Of a DNA stretch of 64,000 nt, positions 29,701-41,183 are shown one piece after another. How positions within the stretch are numbered: position 1 is the stretch's first letter; each line of letters starts with the position of its first letter. This stretch comes from Microbotryum violaceum (Eukaryota): positions 62,001-126,000 of the forward strand of contig CDLV01000010.1 of NCBI GenBank assembly GCA_001244265.2. The letters are read 5' to 3'. A program made the translations under genes and the position numbers. Under the pieces are notes generated by a model, which was not told the origin of the DNA, made no database searches, and saw nothing but the letters and a program-made list of their open reading frames with translations.

Positions 29701-30797
29701 GAGGCTCGTACGTCTCGCGAGGTTATCCGGTCGCGTTTGTTCTCGAATGAAAGCTTTGAATTCTTGGGGTGCGAGCTCGGGGTGAAGGGATGCGGGTAGC
29801 CAGAAAAGTTCTTGCGAGGCGTGCGCGGCAGACCGACCATCGTAAAGGGCCGTCGGGGAAGGTGGGGGGGAAGACGAGGTCGGCGCTGAGGACGAAGGCA
29901 TGCCGACGGCGGCGAGGGGTGTCAACATCGAAGGCGTTCCCGAAGACGATACGGATGATATCGGAGGTGGTAGAGGATGGTCGCTGGGTAAAGGAAGCAT
30001 CGGACGAGTGCCCGCGGCAGAAGATCGACGTCGAACGAGCGTCCCCGTTTCTGCGGCGGTGGGGGCTGTCGGAGAAACCGGATGGCCCGATGGCCCGAGT
30101 TGGTTGGCTTTGGTGATTTGGATCGAGAGGGAAGGTTTCGAGGTGGAGGAAAAAGTTGGGGATGTTGGAGACCCCGGGGGGGAATGCATATAAGGGTGGA
30201 CCGCACCCGTGGGCGAGGTAGGTGGGGGCAGATCTGGATCGACGTTCGCAGGTTGAGAAAGGGACCGCCTTCGAAGCAGTAGAGTCTCCATCTACGAAGT
30301 TCGATAGCATGGTCAGCTCTCTCGTGAAACAGGTTTGCGAACCCGGACCCGAGCCTGCAGCCAGCCAAGCCAGGACCACGTTTCCCGTCGAAGCAAAAGC
30401 TAGCAGCAGCCCGACCACTCACCTCGGCCCTAAACTCGCCCGGCGTAATGCCTTCCCCACCTTGATCGATTCCCTTCCCGACGCCAGGTCGTGTGAGCAA
30501 TCCGGGCATCTCGTCCAAATGGTCCATCGCTCTCGCTCTCAAAGAGTCCTGTTGGCGTTGTTGGTCCAAGTCGGCTTGGGCTTCGGAGAAGGACCGACTT
30601 GCTGAGCGGGCACGGCCTAGGTTGGTGGGGACGGGTGGGGGAGAAGTTGGGGGTGTTGAGGATGGGATCGAGTGCATGTTCGAGGTGGAGGTGGGGGTGG
30701 AGGTGGAGGCTGTTGGAGGGAGAGGTGGGGTTGGTTGTTGAGGAGGAGAGGCGAGCGAGGACGTGGAGGCGGTCGGGGCCGTGCCGGAAGAAGGCAT
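26730..30797 (-). CDS. Zds1-like protein (Zds_C domain; PP2A/cell-cycle regulator family)
   Basis: FWLPASLHPELAPQEFKAF and RLPIHVERAVYRL/SHIKLANPRRPLYEQVLISNLMFWYL are Zds-family motifs. Exons are about 30797-30423, 30291-27986 and 27903-26730; poly-Q tracts are present. Confidence 0.85.
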
Positions 30798-31668
30798 CGT
30801 GGGAGGGGGGGGGGGAGGCGAGGCCAGCAAGACTTTCGAGTAACAGAGCTCAATCTGCTACGTAGTGAATATTTCCCCGTGTCGACAATCCAAGGCTCCA
30901 AGTGTTGCGAGGGTAGAAGTCTAGTGAGCGCACGGGGTCGCGGTGAGTTCTCGGTCGGCTCGACGAAAAGGCGGGTGCACTCGGAAGCGCAATCGAAGCA
31001 CCTACGAGCGGGTGTCGGAGTCGGTCGAGGTGACTGTGAGCAAGACTGAAGGCTGATCAGCACCTTTGAATAATTATGTCAAGTTGAGTCGCTGGGCAAA
31101 GGTCCGACACAGCAAACGCGGATGCCAGCTCGGGCGGTGGGGTGCCGGTGGCGACGACGGCCGCCCAGCACGGGGTAGTGCGTAGGCACGTATTAGGGCG
31201 CAGCGGGGCCGCTCCTCGGCACCGAGTGGTCGTGCCAGTGAAAACACTATGCTTGGAGATATCGTATTCTGGACGCTTACCTGGTCTATTCTGGTGCAGA
31301 TGGTACAGGGCGTGATAGAAGGTCCAACTGGCGACGACACGAGCAGCACTGGTGCGACCGACGACGACGACGACCCGCGACGACGACGACGACGAGCGAA
31401 TCGAGAGAGGCCTGGCGACAGGAAGGGAGGATCAGGGGGAAGGGGTAGGGGTAGAGGGAGGCCGAGAGACGGGTAGGAACTGGCGACGGACGAAGAGCCT
31501 CCCTATACGCTCTGGAAAAGCGAATCTGGCTGACAACCTCAGCCGGGGTAGCGAGCCACCACGAGCTCTCGAGCTCGAGTCTGAGAATCTGAGATCTGAG
31601 ATCTGAGCAGCCAAGCCGTGGCACTGCCGTGGCGGTTCCCTCGAAGCTGAAGCGGTGCGCGTGTCGGT

Positions 31669-31753
31669 CGCTTTTTTTATTTATTTGATAGACTTCATTA
31701 ACAGCATAATTATATTAATACCCAGAAATCTTCGGAAAAGTCGGAGGGAATGC
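31669..31753 (+). repeat. AT-rich dispersed element of about 85 nt, copy 1 of 3
   Basis: cgc-T-tract-atttgataga.ttca.taacag...tacc...aagtcggag.gaatgc also occurs at 38492-38582 (+) and 38128-38215 (-). Confidence 0.8.
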
Positions 31754-32240
31754 TGTTACGCACACTGGCAGAAGCCAGTAGTGTAAGACTCATTGACCCT
31801 GAACCAGGATCAACCATACCCACTAAAACCCCCTTTGGTGTCTTACAGAGACACTAGGCGACCCTTGGACTCCTGGATCTCGAACTCCGTTTCGGTGATC
31901 GGTTCCAAAAGATCCGACGAGAATCGACGACGGCGACAGAGCTTCCAGATTGAGTGAAAGAAGAGGACTCGTAGTTCGACAAGTCGATGTTCCGAGCGAG
32001 ACACGACCGGGCATACAAAGTCCACAAAGACTGGGTGGGGGGTCGGGGACAGAGCAGACCAGAGGCGCCGGGCAAATGGGCAGCCGACCGCGAGGTGAAC
32101 CAGGCACTCGGGTGCTTCCGAGGGTCGCCGCGCTTGAATCCAGCATAGTCCAACATTCTCAGCATTACGAACGGGACCCACTCCGAACTAAAAGCGCACG
32201 TCATAAGCCCACCTTAAGCTTCCCACCGAGAGCAGCAAAC

Positions 32241-33872
32241 ATGCCCGACCATTCCCCGATCTTTGAAGCGCAACATGTGCACCTCGTGTACGAACACATC
32301 GCCTCCGACTTTTCAAGGACGAGGCATTCGACCTGGCCTTTTGTGCAGCAGTGGTTGCAGCGATTGAACGAGGTCAGTCGAGGTGTGGCCGGGGTTTTTG
32401 GCTGAAGATGGGGCCCTTACGTAGAGAGGTCGAGTGGGAAGGGTAGTAGTACCTCTTTCGAAGAAACCTACTCATCGAGTTACTGTTTCATTTCCTACAG
32501 AACTCGCTCATCCTTGACGCCGGCTGTGGTAACGGTAAATACCTCGGCGTCGATTCCGTTCTCTCCTCCAGCGATCGACCGGGACCGATACCACCGCATG
32601 TCATGTACAAGAACAAGGGAGTTAAACCGAAAGGAAAACAGGTGGCTTCGATGGAGGATTCTGTGGCGGCCTCGAGAACGATTACGCAGGGGAAAGCGGT
32701 TTCGGAACCTGCGGAGCTCGAGCCGACGACAGAAGCACGTGACCTCGACCCTTCGCTCGATCCGCCCCCCTCCGCGAGCTCGAAATCAAACAAGGCGATC
32801 CTTTCAATTGGTCTCGATATGTCATTGGGTTTATTAACCATTGCATCGAAGGAGAAAGGGCACGAGGTGGTTAGAGGGGATTGCTTTGATCTGGGGTGTT
32901 GGAGGATAGGCGCTTTCGTGAGTTGTGTTCCTGGGCTATCGGTTTTGCTTTATCGGTCAAGGGCACTGATTGAGCTTGCTCTCGGGGTATTTCAGGACCA
33001 CGCCATTTCCATCGCAACGATCCACCACTTCGCTACCCAAGCTCGACGAATCGAGTCCGTCAAAGCAAGTACCGACCCCTTTCCCCCCCCCCCCCCCCAA
33101 GTCCAACCCAAAAAAACCACTCCAGAACCCCCCAAAAAAACCTGTACTAACCGAACCGATCCATCCTTTCTCCCCCCACTAGCAACTCATCAAAGTCATC
33201 ACACCCTCAACAACTTCGACCCTTACCTCCCCTCACAAACTCCTCATCGTCGTTTGGGCTTTGGAACAGGATCCTGCCTTGTCCGGGTTCGGGTCAGCGA
33301 GGAAAAAAAGTAAAGTCAAAGGTGGGGCTGTTAGAGTTGATGAATTCCTTGAGCACGAAAGCAAGGAGGAAGGGGTTGGTGATGGGTTTAACGAGGGGAA
33401 GGTTGGGAGGGAGGATGAGAGGGATGTTTTTGTGCCTTGGGAGTTGCAGAGGAAGGAAGAGGGGATCGCGAAGGCGAAGGTAACGAGGAGGGAGAAGGCT
33501 GGGAAGAAGGGGAAGGGGCCGCAGGATGAGGAGACGGTCAAAAAGGAGGAAGAACAATCGGCAAACGTGGTTGAGGATGAGACCCCGGCAAAGATCAAGG
33601 AACAGACGTTCCAGAGGTATTACCACCTCTTCAAACACGGCGAATTGACGGATTTGGTCAAGGCCGCTGCGGAAGAATTGGGAGCGAGCTTCGAGGGAGC
33701 TGCGGAGGTGGATGCTGAAGGCGAGAGAATTGGGGCGATGGGGAAATTGATAACAGAAGAAGATGAAAGGAGGGTTCTTTGGGTGAGGATGAAAGAAGAA
33801 AGATGGGAGAGGGAGAATTGGGTTGGCGATATCGAATTGGAGTGGAGGAGTGGTTCGGCGCGGGGGAGGTAG
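32241..33872 (+). CDS. TRM9: tRNA wobble-uridine methyltransferase, Trm9/ALKBH8-like
   Basis: FEAQHVHLVYEHIASDFSRTRHSTWPFV; LDAGCGNGKYL; IGLDMS; DHAISIATIHHF; LIVVWALEQ; DVFVPW; FQRYYHLFKHGEL; WERENW. Confidence 0.88.
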
Positions 33873-35587
33873 TGCGGATTATAATACGGAACACGACGAT
33901 CAAATGTTTCGAGGGTGGACCTGATCTTCGATGATGATCGGCACTGCGATGATCTGAAGCGGGACGGAATGGCGTTCCTCGTTTAGCAGTCGTCCAACGC
34001 ATTGTTGCGACAACGCCTCCAAATCCAGCAACCCTCCCCTCGAGTTCTGCAAGGGCTACGACCCAACTTGTTGACATGAGCAAGTCCGATTCAGGGATGA
34101 ATAGTAGTAGCACCTGAAGGGATCATAAATTAGCAGAGGGCTCCCCATGGCACTCAGTTTTGCAGAAGTCCTGAGTGACCACAATCCGCAATCCGCGAGA
34201 TGCGGCGATTGGCACGTACGGCGGCGAACTCGCATGAAATTCTCTAGCCCAATGGCAAATCCAGAAACAAGTGTGATAGTATTCCAACTTGAAGTGGATT
34301 GCAATGTCGCGCTCCTTCAAACGACATGTTTCCGGAGGAGATGGTTGCAGGGTTCTCAATTAGATGAGATCTAGAAAAATTGGGCTCTGGCCCTTATCTA
34401 TCTATCTCCCATCTTAGTCAGATATCTTGGATAGATGCCTAGATATCTAATTGGTATCTTAGTGGGTTAAGATGAGATATAGACAGATGTCTTTGAATTG
34501 GAGGCGGTCGATTGGCACTCGGAGGAGCCTGCCATTGGGTGGCCAGAACCACATTTTAAGTATCACAAAATGTGAATAAACTGGCAAAGCTGGATTTCTG
34601 TTCACTGTTTTCTGATTCTCTCTGATCCCGATCTGGACCGGATCCTCGACGATTCAGCTAGCGATTCGGGCGATCCTCAACAAGACCATGGCGAGACCCT
34701 CAGTTGCCACGCGACGCCTGGGTTGATGGACCCAAAGCGGCTCGATGCATCAGCTGGTAAGCCCGCGAACCGGAGTTGTTTGTGGCCCGTGGCGAGGAAA
34801 GTTCTGTTCTGCCTGTCGTGTGCTGATTGGGTGGGTGCTCCTCCATGCCATCGGCAGGCCCTGTGAACAGAGTCGGGCTCAGTTGCAAGGCGAAGTCGAC
34901 CGCCGTTCCCAGCCCGGATTCCCCCTACTTTCCCTTTCCATCGCATGAGGTGAGGGGTGGTGAGGCAACAGCGTATGGGCAGCACCTCACTTTTGGGTTC
35001 GCTGACTTTGATTTGCCCAAACCCCTTGGCCACAGATGTTAGTCGCTGTCTTACATCTCCGATCGCCGTCGAAACGGGTCGGCATGGCCCAGTACCAATC
35101 CACACGTTCCGTACGGCCGAGGCGTTGGCTTGACCCTGGTTGAATGTTGACTTCCAGTTGCTGAAGGCATATGGCATGTTGAGGAGGAGTCGAGCAGATC
35201 CTCACTGCTCGAAGTCGATTTTGAGGTTGCGCATGGAGTTGACGATAATGCGAACGCGACCAGCCCATTGATTGAAGCCCGATTCGGTTTGGACCCCTGG
35301 CGCCAAAGCTAACCTGAACCATGTTCCTTTCAGATGGCGAAGTCGTCCTTGGAGACAGCCGCAATAGATGGCCACAGTATCGCTGTAGGGTGTGCACGCG
35401 GCTCTCGGCGCGGCGTTGGAGTAAATCGCAGTTCCAGCGACACCTCAGCTCGGGCGCGCATTACAACAACTTACAATTCGCTACAAGATTCAGCGACGAC
35501 CGAGCCGCCGAGCCGAGCACGCTGCCGTCGTCTCCGTACCGCATGGTTACGCCTGTGTCGGCGAGGGGGTCGAGCGGGCTTGATATT

Positions 35588-35862
35588 CCGACTTGATTGA
35601 CCAGGGGCGCAGAGTTGGTATGTGCGCCATGAGTTCGCGCAGTACGGGAATAGCGAAGTGCTGAGAAACAGAAGATGGCGGTCGGGAGGAACCGAGGCTT
35701 CGTCAGCGATCGTGACAGCGGTAACAGTGACGCGAGCCCGCCGACCGCGGGCCCCGGCTGCGGCCGTACGGCCATCTTCTGTTTCTCAGCACTTCGCTAT
35801 TCCCGTACTGCGCGAACTCATGGCGCACATACCAACTCTGCACCCCTTGTCAATCAAGTCGG
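35588..35862. repeat. Inverted repeat: 92-nt arms, 91-nt spacer
   Basis: 35588-35679 is the reverse complement of 35771-35862, with 2 mismatches by eye. Confidence 0.95.
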
Positions 35863-36088
35863 CCGCCGACACGCGTGCTTTCTGGGAGCTGCCGCCGAAT
35901 GCTCGGACCCCGATGCCACGATTTGCCGCCTTTGACGTCTTCATCGACGAAATCGTAAAGCACGTGCGCGAACAGCTAGTGTATGTGACGTCCTTCATAC
36001 AGGATGAGACGCAAGTCAAGATCTTTGTCGCACGCGCTCGGATCATCTCGGACGGCGACGACGACAAGAACCGTCTCATTCACGTCGA

Positions 36089-36560
36089 CCTGGATGTAAA
36101 ATTCGCCCTTGATTTGTTCGCCAAGGCCACAGCTCGATTGGGTCGCGAGCCAACTGATCAACTCCTGCTTCTCGTCCGCACTTCGCTTCGTGGTAGTTGA
36201 TACCCAAAGGTACTTGACCATTCCAAGGAGCAGTATATGTAGAAGATCGGGTGGTGTTGCGAGGTGAGGATCGTAGTCTGGGCGACGAAGTGCGGACGTT
36301 CTCGTCGCTTTCTTGACGGACGTGGGATTGTTGCTTCGGCGCCATTGCTCGGCAAGCCCGGGCCTCTGCCGAGATCTATCCTCACCTCGCAACACCACCC
36401 GATCTTCTACATATACTGTTCCTTGGAATGGTCAAGTACCTTTGGGTATCAACTACCAAGAAGCGAAGTGCGGACGAGAAGCAGGAGCTGGTCAGTTGGC
36501 TCGCGACCCAATCGAGCTGTGGCCTTGGCGAACAAATCAAGGGCGTATTTTACATCCGGG
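36089..36560. repeat. Inverted repeat: 183-nt arms, 106-nt spacer
   Basis: 36089-36271 is the reverse complement of 36378-36560, with about 6 mismatches by eye. Confidence 0.95.
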
Positions 36561-37680
36561 CTTCGACATCCTGTGTCGGCAAGGACTATAGGGTCATCGC
36601 TCAGATTTTCCCCCTGGTCGCCTACTTGCTTCAGCAGCGCATGTGGCTCTCCCAATCCGAAGCAGAGTGCTGGATGGCCCTCGGCAAACTCACGCGACAT
36701 GCGATGCGTACTGACACCGACGACCTCGCAGCCTATGCCGACACGTACAAGGTTCTCGCCACTCGATTCGTACTACTATCCTTCCCACGTGGTCAGCAAG
36801 GTCAAATATCACTACCTACTGCACCTCGAGGAGGCGATTTGGCGGTTCGGTCTGCCGAGGATGTTCGACTCGTCCGTCGCCGAGTCAGCGAATAAGACCG
36901 TTCGCGACTACTGCATGCATTCGAACCGCCACTCACCTATTCGTGACATTGCCTGTCAAGACAGCCAGGCACACCATCTGGTCTTCATCGCTGCGGGAGG
37001 CCGATGGGAAGCCGCTGACGGACCCCAAGGCCACCGCCGGCCCCTATGTTTCGCAATTCTTTCGCGTCGCAGGAAGGGAGCGACTTTCGACGCGAACTAC
37101 GGCTGGACAATTGGAAAGATCCGAAGGTCGACAATCGACACGTGCATAGTGGGATGGCTCTGGGCAACGCGAAGACTGCTTTGGCGACTAAGGAGAAGAT
37201 CGACGGCACCCGAGCGTGTGCCGCGCTTCATCATAGTCTTTTTGAATGCACTCGGAACCACGCCAAGCTTGCGTCCAGGTCGCTTCGTCACGTTGCGCAA
37301 TGGGGATTATTGTTGGTCCCGAGATTGGTGCTTCGTTCAAGCTGGTCCGCAAGATCAAAGGGTACGTCCCCGCCATGCATTGGATCGTGGTGCGTCCGTG
37401 TCATTCGCTGACGAGAGAAGTGATGCCCGTCGGTCAGCCCCGGGTGGCGCAGATCCTTGAACTCTGGACCGTGGACGGCCGACCGCCCGAAGTGATCTCA
37501 CCCTTCGGGCTCAGCTTTGTGGTGCTCGCCTTCGCGGCCGTGGGCGAGGAACTGGGCGACACCAGGTTTTTGAAGATACAGCGCATGGAGGAGATTGAGG
37601 TTATGCCACTTGAGGTGAGCACAAAGGCTCGATCCATGATGCTGCCTATGACGCGCTGATGGCCTTCAGCCACCCGGCAG

Positions 37681-38123
37681 GTTCTCATGGCGTTGGCCCT
37701 CGTTCAGCACGATTGCTCTGGACCTTGCACTCTGGGCTCTGGGCGAGGGCGTTCGGCCAATCTTCGCAGAAGGCCAGTACACCCGCCGCATTGCGCGGGG
37801 CGTCGTGCACGACAACGACAGAAACTTTTTACTTAGCACCATCAATTACCGACCGTACGATATTGTCGACCTCTTCGCTCCTTTACCAATCCCACCACAA
37901 GAGAGCGACGAGTTCCTTGAGGGCCCTTCTGCAAAATCCACGATATCGTACGATCGGTGATTGATCGATTAATGATGCTAAGTAAGAAGTCCTTGTCGTC
38001 GTCGTGCGCGACGCCCCGCGCAATGCGGCCGGTGTAGTGTCCTTCTGCGAAGATTGGCCGAACGCCCTCGCCAGTGCAAGGTCCAGAGCACTCGTGCTGA
38101 ACGAGGCCCAACGCCGTGAGAAC
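37681..38123. repeat. Inverted repeat: about 185-nt diverged arms, 73-nt spacer
   Basis: 37681-37866 matches the reverse complement of 37940-38123, with many substitutions and two short indels. Confidence 0.9.
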
Positions 38124-38586
38124 CGCTGCATTCTCTCCGACTTGGCCAAAGGTTTTTGGGTATTTGTACAATTACACTGTTATTGAAATCTATCAAATAA
38201 AAAGATAAAAAAGCGCGCAGCCCCGGCGAATCCAACTTCCCTATCGGGTCGGCAATCGCTTGTACGGACACACAAGGGTACAAGAGCTGGTCACAGCGTG
38301 CCTGTATCAATCTTCGAGCCGATGTATTATGGGATGTCGTCAATCAATCACTCGAATCCCTTATTGCGGACTATCGGTCCACACTCGTCAACACGGCGTA
38401 TGCACCTGCGTCCCTGCCAGTTGGCATAACTACATCATCAATTTGATCTCTGAGGAACACATGTCAGGAAGTCGGATTCGCCTGAGCTGCACGCTTTTTT
38501 GTTTTATTTTTATTTGATAGAATTCAATAACAGTAGAATTATATTATTACCTAAAAACCTTTGGAAAAGTCGGAGGGAATGCAGCG
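38124..38586. repeat. Inverted repeat formed by two copies of the AT-rich element, spacer about 264 nt
   Basis: 38124-38221 matches the reverse complement of 38486-38586, diverged. Confidence 0.85.
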
Positions 38587-38938
38587 TCGACCGCACTCCT
38601 TGATTCCCTATACCCCAACGGTGATAAACCATGTAGAATGACTTGATGGGCTAATTGCACTGTTGGCACCCGTTGGCACTTGCCGTCCCTTTCTCGAGTG
38701 TGAGAGTACATCGCTGCTGCACAATAATCAGAGTGTGAATGGGGTGTCGGATGCAGAGGATCTACTTGCTGGACTCTGCAGCGATCATTGGGCATATTCG
38801 GCCCAGCTGCCGTGCTCGGCCTCCGTCAAGGGGCCCCGAGCTCGATTACTAATGACATTCGTCGGCCGGAGCTCGCTGTGACGCTGCTCCCCACCGCGTT
38901 CCGCTTTCTTTCTCCCATTCACAACAGCTAACAGTACC

Positions 38939-39647
38939 ATGTGCCTCGAAGCGACTTGTGAAAAGTCAGTACCCCTCAGGAATTCAACAAGATCTGCCGG
39001 AGCTGACCAAGGCTTCTCACCTCTTTTCTCAGCTGCAACCAATTGACGTGGTGGGTCACGCGACTTGGACTCGTGCCCCACATCTTCTCATGCAATGGCG
39101 CATCCCCACAAAGGGCGTGCTCCACCAAGCGGGCAAGCTTACTGACCACCTACGAATGCCTCGATTTCCCTTATCGTTGGCCTGGATACGTGCATAGGTG
39201 GTGAATTGTCTCGCCCTACATGCGATGTACCCAGCTCCCGGCGCGGTTAGCTGATCATCGGACACGCTTGCCCCATCATCCCTATGCATGTCGCTTCCTC
39301 GAACGTCGTCCAATTGCACACCAACAGGGGATGCGGAGGCCATATCGCCTCGGTGATGGACAAGATTCCCGACGGCAAGCAGTGCAAGTGCGACCAACCG
39401 GGTGGACCGGGAGCCAAACCTAGGAAGCCATCGACGGTGAGCGCTGGTTTTCTCACTTCCTCGCCCCTTCAACAGCGACACAATATCCTCCCTTCTGCTG
39501 CTCTGATGCTTGATGTGACGGTGTTGATAAGTGCAGTCGCTGATCCCAATATCCGTTGTTCTATTTTTGCTCGCGGCGCTGTGTTGGTGGTTGACGTAGG
39601 CTCCGGCGGGTAAAGTCGATGTGCATTACAAGGGACCCCAGGAGTGA
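38939..39647 (+). CDS. 67-aa Cys/His-rich putative metal-binding microprotein, 5 exons including a 3-nt micro-exon
   Basis: Exons 38939-38964, 39033-39050, 39198-39200, 39328-39436 and 39600-39647 give MCLEATCENCNQLTWWGCGGHIASVMDKIPDGKQCKCDQPGGPGAKPRKPSTAPAGKVDVHYKGPQE*. Each intron is GT...CTGA(C/T)...YAG. It matches the remembered MCxxxxCxxCxxxTWxGCGxH pattern of uncharacterised small proteins. Confidence 0.75.
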
Positions 39648-39805
39648 GCCGTCGCGGGTCCTTTGAGTGTCGGATCTGACGAACTGGTGTGTTGGTGCTT
39701 GTCGATGTTGTTGTGGCTGTTGTCGCTGTTGCAAGTGGATTGAGACCAATCAAACAGATGCAATGTCCGCTGAAAAAGAGAGGCGACTAACTCGGTGAAA
39801 AGCGA

Positions 39806-40923
39806 ATGAAGCGCGTCGGTCCGCGAGCGTCGCGTGCAAAAACAATAATCCATACTTCTGTTTCGCTGTCCCTTCCGAATCGGCGGACAGGGGATGTAAA
39901 AACTACCTTACCCATCGCCTTCCTCCCTCGCGAAACTACCTCGATCTATTCCCATACGCCGCACGCGCTCGCCACTCAAACCCCAGATCAGATCGCCAAG
40001 ATCGACGACGTGCCACCCAAGCACACTACTCCACCACCCGCGCCCTCAAAAACGAAATATCTCGATCCCGTAGCTTCGGCATTAGCGAGCAAGTTGTCCG
40101 CTATAAATCAACAACTCCCAAGGTTCCCGATCGTGCAGCCTCAATCGACGGCGGAGGGGAAAGGCGCTAAGCCCATGAAGACGAGCACTAAGAGAAGGAT
40201 GGAGAAGCCTACTACGACGCATAAACATAGTACGTTGTATAGTGTGTAGATTTGAGAAAATATTGGGTTTGAGTTACACTGAGTTGTATTTCACCCACAG
40301 AGCACCATCACATAGCAACTTTGGAGAAAGAGGCTGTTCATCCCAGGTCGAGTCTAAGACTCCGAGCCGTTGTTAGTGAGCTAAAATGCCTAGCTCCAGA
40401 AGTGATCTCTCCGAAGTTGTCTCTTTGATTTGCAAACAGGTACGTCGACAAGCCACAACATCAAACTTGTCTCCGCGACGGGGACGACTCCTCACACCTC
40501 GTCAACTCCTGTCGTCATCCCGAACCCAAAAGCGACGAACCCTACAACGAAGCCCACGACGAAAGCCGGGTCCACCGCTCACTCTAAAACCTCGAAGACC
40601 AAGACCAAGTCCACAGCTAAGCCGACCTCGTACACCCCTCGCCGCTCGCCGACCCCCACACCAACAAGCACTTCCAAGCCCAAGTCCTCTACCAAACCTA
40701 CGAAGACAACTAGGAAGATTGTCCATACCACGACGACACCGGTCAAAGTGGTCGTTACTACAACCCCCGTGGCTCATCCTGGAGAATCTCATACGGGTCC
40801 GGGAAGGTATTCTCCTATTGGTGAGTTCTTCTACCCTACTTCAGGTGGAATGCAGGGCAGTAAGCTGACTCAGCTGCGAATTGATCATGTTCACCAGCCG
40901 AAATCACAACCTCCCGAACCTAG
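39806..40923 (+). CDS. Hypothetical Thr/Lys/Pro/His-rich low-complexity (mucin-like) protein; 5' end unresolved
   Basis: ORFs 39806-40229 and 40440-40820 join in frame through GTACGT...AACAG; a GTGAGT...CACCAG intron then leads to TAG at 40921-40923. I could not assign a signal peptide. Confidence 0.35.
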
Positions 40924-41183
40924 GAATACCTCCTCTCCTTCTCTTTTGTGGTCTTGATTTTCGATTTTCTTCCATCGGTTTGGCCGCATAGCCATTCCTC
41001 TCCTCTTGGCGTGTCAATTTTTGGTATATTCTCAGACCGCATGTCTTCCATTACTGAGTGGGGCCCACGGGTTTCTATAGTTGCAAGGAATACGATCATA
41101 TCATCTCTCTAACAACATTACGCCTCCCGTATCGACGGTGGTCAGGATCCCAAAAAAGTTCGCCATTCCTCCGTCACATCTCC

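Larger units (their letters stand above)
35321..38123 (+). mobile_element. Decayed and rearranged DNA transposon, CACTA/EnSpm-like basidiomycete transposase
   Basis: N-terminal C2H2 finger (CRVC...HLSSGAH); YDPHLATPPDLLHILLLGMVKYLW; KVKYHYLLHLEEAIWRFG...ESANKTVR...HSNRHSPIRDIA; C-terminal LVQHDC. It has frameshifts, an apparently missing central region and internal inversions. The family call rests on remembered motifs. Confidence 0.7.

Noticed and set aside
36089-36560. Classical RIP as the cause of arm divergence
   Set aside because: The few mismatches include transversions and are too few to show a dinucleotide bias.
35588-38586. Inverted repeats read as TIRs of nested MITEs
   Set aside because: The arms of three hairpins are internal transposase coding sequence, the spacer of hairpin 2 continues that coding sequence, and no target-site duplications were seen.
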